From assembly GCA_020343435.1 (NCBI GenBank), contig CP070794.1, positions 126,413-190,412 of the forward strand: DNA of 64,000 nucleotides. The letters are read 5' to 3'. Under the pieces are notes generated by a model. The model was not told the DNA's origin and made no database searches. It was given only the letters and a program-made list of their open reading frames with translations. The translations under genes and the position numbers were made by a program. The stretch comes from an archaeon (lineage in GTDB: Archaea; Nanobdellota; Nanobdellia; Pacearchaeales; UBA284). The stretch's first letter is position 1. The number at the start of each line of letters is the position of its first letter. Positions 57,863 to 64,000 of the stretch are shown piece after piece.

Positions 57863-58047
57863 TTCAAAACCTCCAGAACTTTTGCTCTTAACCTAGATTT
57901 GCCTCCTGTTGGTCTAGTTAAGGGGGCCTTACATTTTAAACAACTAACTTTGGTAGTTGCTTTTCCGAAAATCACTTGATCTTCTTCACATTTAGGACAT
58001 CTAACTCTAACAAATTTGCTCTTAGTTATTCTAATTTGTTTTGGCAT
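57859..58047 (-). CDS. rps27e: 30S ribosomal protein S27e
   Basis: SKFVRVRCPKC..QVIF...C..C...PTGGK. Confidence 0.95.
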   Translation of the reverse strand: MPKQIRITKSKFVRVRCPKCEEDQVIFGKATTKVSCLKCKAPLTRPTGGKSRLRAKVLEVLK

Positions 58048-58088
58048 TTTATGATAAAAAGATCTTGCTTTTTAAAGCTTTTTAAGAC

Positions 58089-59489
58089 CTATATTTTGAT
58101 CTTAATTTCCTCTATTTGTAAGGCTTTTTGTAAAGAAGTTATAAATGTTTGTTCTTTGTTTTTAGAGATTAAAGCACCAGCAGCATTGACATGGCCTCCT
58201 GCTTCTCCATCTCCAATTTGTTTTACAACAGAATCTAGTAATTTATGCAGATTAACATTATTTATATTTCTTCCAGCAATTCTTGAAGAGACTTTTATTT
58301 TATCCCCTCTATAAGCCATGCCAACTAAGATTGTTCCATCAGGATTAACAGAAGAAGAGGCTAAAATACTTATCACAGTTCCTATTATTGTATCTTTAAT
58401 ATTGTCTTGAGCATTTACAATCATAAATCCTTCACTCTCTATTTTTTTAGTAGAATTAACAAAATTCAATCCACTAACTAGATGATGTTTATATTTATTA
58501 TAAACCATCTCAACTTTTTCTTTAGCAGTTCCTGAATTTAATAAAAAAGATAAAGCAATACTTGCATGTCCTAATCTTCCACAAGCATTCATCATTGCAC
58601 TAGCTTCTCTTGCATCATATAATCTTCCATATAATTTTAATAAATAAATAGTGCCAATAATATCTTTATCATCTTTATTTCTCCTTCTAAGCATAATCCC
58701 TGTGATTAATCTTGAAATTTCTTCTTTATTCAGATCTAATAATGTTCTAAATCCTCCCCTATTCTTATCCCTAATAGAAATATCTAATTCTCTTAAAAAA
58801 GCTAAAGCTCCTTGAGAAGAACCAGTCACTCCTGGAATAAAAATTGAAGATCCAAATTCTAAAGCTTTATTTAAGGCCCGAGTTGTAGAAAAGATATCTA
58901 ATCCTCTTTTAGCTTGCATTCCATGTTTTTTAGCATCTGCAATAACAGAATTATTAATCTTACTTATACTCTTATTCATAACATCTCCAACCATTCCTAA
59001 AACTGCTAATTGAGCAAGTTCTTCATTTTTTTTATCTAACTCTTTAACAAATTGATAAACAACTGTTGAAGCATTCACATTTTCCTCTTTACCTTCACTT
59101 ACTGGATTTACAAAGATAAAATTCTCACTCTGGACATCTTCTATGGCTCTTCCAACAATAAACTTCTCCTGTAATTCGTGGTGATCTAAGATTATGGTTT
59201 TTATATGCTCTGAGAATTTTGAGAGTTTTGCTAATTTTGTAGAGCCTAGATCTAAAAAGAATATGGCTTTCCATTTTTTAGTTTCAACTTCTTCATAAAG
59301 TTGATCGATATTATGATCCTCTAATTGTTTTAAACAGACAACGCAGAATTGTTGATCTAATTTTTTTAAAGCTTTAATTAAAACAGCTGCTGAAGTTAAG
59401 CCATCTGTATCTATATGGGTTACAACCTTTATCATACCCTCTCTTTCTAAGACTTCTTTGAATCTAGAAACTGCCTCCTTTATCTTCAT
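58089..59489 (-). CDS. RecJ-like DHH nuclease (GAN/Cdc45-like)
   Basis: HIDTDG, DLGS, DHH, NACGR, GGH..AAG; downstream of S15. Confidence 0.88.
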   Translation of the reverse strand: MKIKEAVSRFKEVLEREGMIKVVTHIDTDGLTSAAVLIKALKKLDQQFCVVCLKQLEDHNIDQLYEEVETKKWKAIFFLDLGSTKLAKLSKFSEHIKTIILDHHELQEKFIVGRAIEDVQSENFIFVNPVSEGKEENVNASTVVYQFVKELDKKNEELAQLAVLGMVGDVMNKSISKINNSVIADAKKHGMQAKRGLDIFSTTRALNKALEFGSSIFIPGVTGSSQGALAFLRELDISIRDKNRGGFRTLLDLNKEEISRLITGIMLRRRNKDDKDIIGTIYLLKLYGRLYDAREASAMMNACGRLGHASIALSFLLNSGTAKEKVEMVYNKYKHHLVSGLNFVNSTKKIESEGFMIVNAQDNIKDTIIGTVISILASSSVNPDGTILVGMAYRGDKIKVSSRIAGRNINNVNLHKLLDSVVKQIGDGEAGGHVNAAGALISKNKEQTFITSLQKALQIEEIKIKI

Positions 59490-59504
59490 TTTAAAAATAA
59501 AAGA

Positions 59505-59894
59505 CTATTTTTTATGATAGTCCCTGAGCCTTTTTATCTTAGCTTTAGTAAACTGAAATCCACGTTTTGCTGTTCTATCTTTCTTGTTCTTTTCTAAGTG
59601 TTTTCCTAATTTCTTTTCTCTTTCTTCTAGAATCTGTAAATCTTGTTGTTTAGCATTAATCTTATTTTCTTCTAAAATCTTAGTTATTTTCTTTCCTGTA
59701 AAGATTTTAATGTTGGGAATTCCATAATTGTCTCTTAACATTAATCCGATCTTAGCTGTAGTCTTTCCTTCTTTAGCTAAATTAACTATGATTGTTTCAG
59801 CTTCTTTAGGTTTCAACTTGGTCCAGTAAGGCTTTTCCTGTTTAGGAGGATGACTTCCTGATTTTCCTTTTCCATGTCCATATAATGTTGCCAT
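59505..59894 (-). CDS. rps15: 30S ribosomal protein S15 (S13e family)
   Basis: GKSGS..P, IGLMLRDNYGIP, HL..N.KD..AKRG; start ATG 59894. Confidence 0.92.
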   Translation of the reverse strand: MATLYGHGKGKSGSHPPKQEKPYWTKLKPKEAETIIVNLAKEGKTTAKIGLMLRDNYGIPNIKIFTGKKITKILEENKINAKQQDLQILEEREKKLGKHLEKNKKDRTAKRGFQFTKAKIKRLRDYHKK

Positions 59895-59943
59895 TGTAGA
59901 GCTCAATCAAATTTTGTTTTTAAACATTTCGCAACAGAATTAA

Positions 59944-61020
59944 TCATATTTTCCAGGCCCCTTTATCCTGGACTACTTTCCTATCCAGAACTATCTTAGC
60001 TTTCTTCATATCTTTAACAATATCCCAATGAATAGCAGAATCATTACCTCCACCGTTTTCTTTGTAAGCCATTCCCAAAGCTAGGTGTATTGTTCCACCA
60101 ATTTTTTCGTCAAATAGTAAGTTTTTTGTGAATTTGTTTACTTTTGGATTGCAGCCTATTCCAAATTCTCCAACATAAGATGAATTTTTATCTGTTTTTA
60201 GCATTTCATGTAAGAAATCTTCATTTTTTGTTGATTTAGCTTCAATTACTTTACCATCTTTGAACTTTAATTCAATATCTGTTACTTCTTTTCCTGCTTT
60301 AATTGCAGGATAATCAAACTTAATCCAACCATTTAGGGATGTTCTTATGGGGGCCATGAAAACTTCTCCACCAGGCATGTTTTCTTCTCCTTTATCTGCT
60401 ACTGCATTTTTACCCTTAATTGAGAATTTTAAATCAACATTCTCCCCAATTAAATGAACTTGTTTTCCTTTCTCAAATTTGTTTTTAATCTTATCTAATT
60501 GCTTTCCTAGTTTTTTCCAATCTTGTAAACATGAAGAATAAACAAAATGTTCATACTCTAATAAAGACATTTCAGCTTCTTGTGCTAAAGCAATGCAGGG
60601 AAACCCAACAGTGCATCTTAAGATTTTATCTTTTTCATTTACAACATAATCTGAGATTGGTTGTGTTACTTTCTGTCTTATTGCAATTTTTTTAGGATTT
60701 GCACTTGATAATTCTCTTGTATTACTTTCAGTATCTATTCCAATGTATTTTTGAGCTTTTTTAACTGTGAAATCAAAAGTTTCTGGGAATTTTTTTAATT
60801 GATGTTCTTGAGCATATTTGTAATAAAATGGCGCTAAACCAGGGATACTAACTCTTAGAATTGGATGTGCTCCTTTAAGAATAATTTCCTTGTATAATGC
60901 TTCAACAAATTCTTTAGCTTCTGTACTTCCTGAAATAATAACATTTTCTCCTTTTTTGACCATAACAGAATAATTAACTACAAGTTTTGCAAGTCTTTGT
61001 GTTCTCAAATCTACTGGCAT
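59944..61020 (-). CDS. M29 thermophilic aminopeptidase
   Basis: NMPGGEVF.AP, GEFGIG, LFDEKIGGTIHLALG, SAIHWD. Confidence 0.93.
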   Translation of the reverse strand: MPVDLRTQRLAKLVVNYSVMVKKGENVIISGSTEAKEFVEALYKEIILKGAHPILRVSIPGLAPFYYKYAQEHQLKKFPETFDFTVKKAQKYIGIDTESNTRELSSANPKKIAIRQKVTQPISDYVVNEKDKILRCTVGFPCIALAQEAEMSLLEYEHFVYSSCLQDWKKLGKQLDKIKNKFEKGKQVHLIGENVDLKFSIKGKNAVADKGEENMPGGEVFMAPIRTSLNGWIKFDYPAIKAGKEVTDIELKFKDGKVIEAKSTKNEDFLHEMLKTDKNSSYVGEFGIGCNPKVNKFTKNLLFDEKIGGTIHLALGMAYKENGGGNDSAIHWDIVKDMKKAKIVLDRKVVQDKGAWKI

Positions 61021-61095
61021 TTTTAATTTTCTCAGAAACAGTCTGAGGTCTGACCACCTCTTATTATAATCAGAAAAACTAATTTAAATAATTAA

Positions 61096-61843
61096 CTATC
61101 TTTTAGAACATACAAAGATAACAGAATATAAATCAAAAGTTGTTGGTCCATTGCCAAAACGTTTTTTTAAGTAATCATCCATTTGGTCTTTTATTTTTTT
61201 ACTAATTTTATTTTGATCTATATCAAAGATAAGTTCTACCATAGACAAAAATCCTTTTTTATTGGGAGTCCTGATATGGGTTTTTAATTTGAGTTTCTTG
61301 AATTTAAACCCAGATCTCCTAAGAAATCCTGGAAAAGTATTATAAACGCAGGGGTCTAATTTATCAAAAAGCATTTTTTTGAACTTGATATAAAATTTTC
61401 CATAACTACCCTTATCAGGCATATTAGATATGAGTAATAATTTCCCTCCCGGTTTTAACATAGATTTTATACGTTTCAATTGAAAAACTGGATTCTTAAA
61501 ATAATGGATAACATAAGAGGCTAAAACAAAATCAAATTTTTTAGGGGTGTTAAAATTCTCAAAATTTTTGTTTATTAACGAAAATTTCTTACCAGAACAC
61601 TTACTATTGATCTTATCAAAGAGTTTTTTAGATGGCTCTACAGCAACTATGTTTTTAAAAAAACCCTGAAAACTTTTTAGTGAAAACCCCATCTCCAGCA
61701 CCCACATCCAATAAAGATTCCCTGGGGGTAGAAAAAATTCTTTTAATTTTCTTTTCCAATAACCTTTTTTCATTAGACCATCTCAGAAAGTTTTCAAACG
61801 CTCTACTCTTAGAACTATAACTTACTTGATCTCTTTTCCTCAT
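61096..61843 (-). pseudogene. class I SAM-dependent methyltransferase interrupted by a +1 frameshift near 61657
   Basis: Motif I LLDVGAGDG is in ORF 61655-61843; VAVEPS, FDFVLASYVIHY and LKPGGKL are in the +1 frame. Confidence 0.8.
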
Positions 61844-61853
61844 TTTTTAACTA

Positions 61854-61926
61854 TAGCCCCGCCAGGATTCGAACCTGGGTCCCTAGCTCCAAAGGCTAGT
61901 ATACTTGACCACTGTACTACGGGGCT
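61854..61926 (-). tRNA. tRNA-Gln(TTG)
   Basis: AGCCCCG/CGGGGCT acceptor (A1-U72), anticodon arm CTAGC-CTTTGGA-GCTAG. Confidence 0.95.
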
Positions 61927-61980
61927 ATGAAAATATTATGTCAATAACGTTTTTAAAACCTTTTTGTCTAGAATATTCAT

Positions 61981-62054
61981 GCCTGCGTAGCTCAGCTGGC
62001 TAGAGCGGCTGCCTTGTAAGCAGTAGGTCGGGAGTTCGAATCTCTCCGCAGGCT
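61981..62054 (+). tRNA. tRNA-Thr(TGT)
   Basis: GCCTGCG/CGCAGGC acceptor, anticodon arm GCTGC-CTTGTAA-GCAGT. Confidence 0.95.
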
Positions 62055-62059
62055 TTTTT

Positions 62060-62497
62060 ATGATGAAAGTTCTATATCATGGGAGCCCAAGGAAATTGGT
62101 TGGAAATAAACTTATACCCAAGAAAGCGAAAGATATGGATAAGAGAAGAAAACACAATCTTCTCAAAGGAATCTATGCTTCAAGTTTTAGATATGTTGCA
62201 ATTGCAATGGCTATAATTTCTTGTAGTGGGGTGAATGCTTCTTCATTAAATCCGATTAAAGGAAAATCTATAGGAGTGATCTATAAAGGATGGCCAAAAA
62301 ACAAGTATGTTTATCTACACACTCTACCTAAAAAAACTTTTAAGAATATCCCAAAAGGAACAGCACAATTTGTTTCATTTAAACCAGTAAAACCAATTAA
62401 AACAGAAAGAATAAAGATCTCGGACTATCTTCATTTAGTAAGAAAGGCTACAAAAGAAGAAAAAAAGAAATGGAGACAAAAATACGGTAAAATTTAA
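62060..62497 (+). CDS. basic hypothetical protein, possible ADP-ribosyltransferase fold
   Basis: LYHGS...L.P...IYAS....A...VYL...QFVS..PVKP. Confidence 0.6.
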   Translation: MMKVLYHGSPRKLVGNKLIPKKAKDMDKRRKHNLLKGIYASSFRYVAIAMAIISCSGVNASSLNPIKGKSIGVIYKGWPKNKYVYLHTLPKKTFKNIPKGTAQFVSFKPVKPIKTERIKISDYLHLVRKATKEEKKKWRQKYGKI

Positions 62498-62521
62498 AAG
62501 ATTCTTCCTCTTAGAAAAAAC

Positions 62522-62905
62522 ATGATAAACATATATGAAATTCCAAAAGATAAGCTTCAAACAGTAAAGAAAATCTTAGAAGCTCAAGATCAAGCAGGAG
62601 AAGATCTAGATTTTGAAATAGAAAAAGAAGCTGGAAAAGGAAAGATGGCTAAAGCTAAATCCTGGAATATTAATGAATTTAGAAAGCAAGGATATGCTCT
62701 ACGAGATTCTAAAGCTCTCAATTTAGAAGGAGATTCTTCTTATCTTTATATAAAAGGAGATGAATCCTTTTTTGAAAGAAATGAAAAGAAATTAACTGAA
62801 GCTGGAGCTAAGAAAATAGAAGGGGAGACTTATGAAAAAGTTAAAGAAAAAGTAGAAGAACAAGAGAATTCAGCAGCTTCAGGATTTGGTTCTATTTTTA
62901 GTTAA
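62522..62905 (+). CDS. conserved archaeal hypothetical protein
   Basis: FRKQGY.LRD...YLYIK...AASGFGSIF. Confidence 0.75.
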   Translation: MINIYEIPKDKLQTVKKILEAQDQAGEDLDFEIEKEAGKGKMAKAKSWNINEFRKQGYALRDSKALNLEGDSSYLYIKGDESFFERNEKKLTEAGAKKIEGETYEKVKEKVEEQENSAASGFGSIFS

Positions 62906-62945
62906 TTAGTAAAGAATAAAAACCTTGCATAATTCCTAGAATTAA

Positions 62946-63018
62946 GGGCCTGTGGTCTAGTGGTTATGACGTCCGCTTGACGTGCGGGAGGTCCCAGGTT
63001 CGAGCCCTGGCAGGCCCA
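62946..63018 (+). tRNA. tRNA-Val(GAC)
   Basis: GGGCCTG/CAGGCCC acceptor, anticodon arm TCCGC-TTGACGT-GCGGG. Confidence 0.93.
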
Positions 63019-63064
63019 TTTCTTCTAAAACAAAATCTTTTTAAATGGTATTAACTACTTTAAA

Positions 63065-63808
63065 ATGACTAAAATGGCTGAGGAGAAAGGACTTGAAGGA
63101 ATAGTCAATGCAGCAGTTGTATTCAAAGGACATAAAAGAAGAGAGAGTATAGAAGAAGCTGCAGAACTATACAAAGAAGGAACAGTTAATAGAATTGTTA
63201 TAGTAGGACCAGGATATGAAACTCTTGGAGATGGATTAAAATTAAGAAAAGAATATCAAGATATATTTAAGAAATATGATCTTGATCCTGAAAGTGTAGA
63301 TTATTATATTGTCAGAGACAGAAATGATCTCAAAGATAAAGCTCCTGATGCTGATGTTGAAGGATCAAGTAAAGGATTAAGAAAAATAGAAGATCAAGCT
63401 TATGCAGCAAGAGTTCTTGCAAGACAGGAAAAATGGGGTAAAACTTTTGTTGTGGCCCCAGATACTTATATTTATACCAAAGAGGGAGGAGATGAAGAAA
63501 GAGTTCCTGACGGAAGAGTTCCATTAGTATTTGATAGATTCTTTTCAGACTACAAAGGAGATGTAAACTATAATCATATTACAGAAAAAAGTAAGGGATT
63601 CCTTAGTAGGAGAGGTTGGTTTGAACCAATTAGAAGATGGTGTTATGAAGGAATGTTAAGTAATGTTGCAAAAAGAGAAGAATTAGAAAAAGATAAGGAT
63701 TATGAAGACAAACCTTACAAACAAGACAAACAAATATGGAAAGGATTTAAGAGAAAAAGAAATTGGTTCTGGAGATTTTTAAAGTGGTGTTTTGGTTGGG
63801 GAGGATAA
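63065..63808 (+). CDS. hypothetical protein, divergent DUF218/ElyC-like N-terminus
   Basis: AAVVF.G...EEAAELYKEG...IVIVG. Confidence 0.55.
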   Translation: MTKMAEEKGLEGIVNAAVVFKGHKRRESIEEAAELYKEGTVNRIVIVGPGYETLGDGLKLRKEYQDIFKKYDLDPESVDYYIVRDRNDLKDKAPDADVEGSSKGLRKIEDQAYAARVLARQEKWGKTFVVAPDTYIYTKEGGDEERVPDGRVPLVFDRFFSDYKGDVNYNHITEKSKGFLSRRGWFEPIRRWCYEGMLSNVAKREELEKDKDYEDKPYKQDKQIWKGFKRKRNWFWRFLKWCFGWGG

Positions 63809-63870
63809 GAACTTCTTCATAAGATTTATATATCAAATTTTCTTAATTTCTAGAAGAAAAGAGGAGAAAA

Positions 63871-64000
63871 ATGCTTAGTACCAACTCTAAAAAAGCACAG
63901 ATGACACTTTTTATAATAATAGCTATAATAATTGTTGCTGTTGTTTTACTAGTTTTTGTTGTAGGAAAGGTTTCTTTTACACAAGTTCAAGAAGCAAGTG
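63871..64000 (+). CDS. pilin-like protein with class III signal peptide (partial, runs off window)
   Basis: MLSTNSKKA-QMTLFIIIAIIIVAVVLL; GAGGAG upstream. Confidence 0.8.
   Translation, partial: MLSTNSKKAQMTLFIIIAIIIVAVVLLVFVVGKVSFTQVQEAS

Noticed and set aside
61096..61773. 225-aa ORF start MKKGYWKRK
   Set aside because: Its first ~35 residues are the wrong frame of the methyltransferase 5' part; the real N-terminus is at 61843
61854..63808. Integrated element at the tRNA cluster
   Set aside because: No integrase and no duplicated tRNA 3' end found by eye
1..64000. Alternative genetic code or stop-codon readthrough
   Set aside because: Conserved genes translate full-length under the standard code and end at TAA, TAG and TGA

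Overview
AT-rich, gene-dense archaeal chromosome segment. The fused PriS-PriL primase, class II LysRS, many class III signal-peptide proteins and scarce metabolic genes point to a DPANN lineage (Pacearchaeota/Woesearchaeota-like; inference). Housekeeping genes: L31e (partial), L39e, PDCD5, S19e, YhbY, CysRS, RNase J, Mre11-Rad50, archease, LysRS, Hjc, PCNA, primase, S10, EF-1beta, aIF2alpha, S27e, RecJ/GAN-like, S15, an M29 aminopeptidase and five intronless tRNAs (Phe, Trp, Gln, Thr, Val). A large part of the window encodes a type IV pilus/cell-surface apparatus: about 10 pilin-like proteins, a 1234-aa vWA adhesin with inserted FG-GAP-like repeats, an ATPase with two TadB/C-like proteins, a KaiC-like ATPase, a HerA-like ATPase, a prepilin peptidase, an FKBP-thioredoxin fusion and large Cys-rich surface proteins. 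Notable points read from the sequence: a LysRS fused to a B3/4 editing domain; a degenerate cyclophilin-TM-coiled-coil-wHTH gene heading the pilus motor operon; beta-defensin-like Cys modules; a methyltransferase split at a TTT-TAA site; an htpX lacking a canonical start codon; a perfect 18-bp palindrome before an AbrB-like gene; and small ORFs missed by the track (short histone, Zn-ribbon, poly-Lys micro-ORF). No CRISPR array, rRNA, integrase or transposase was seen. All family calls come from motif recognition by eye, not database searches.
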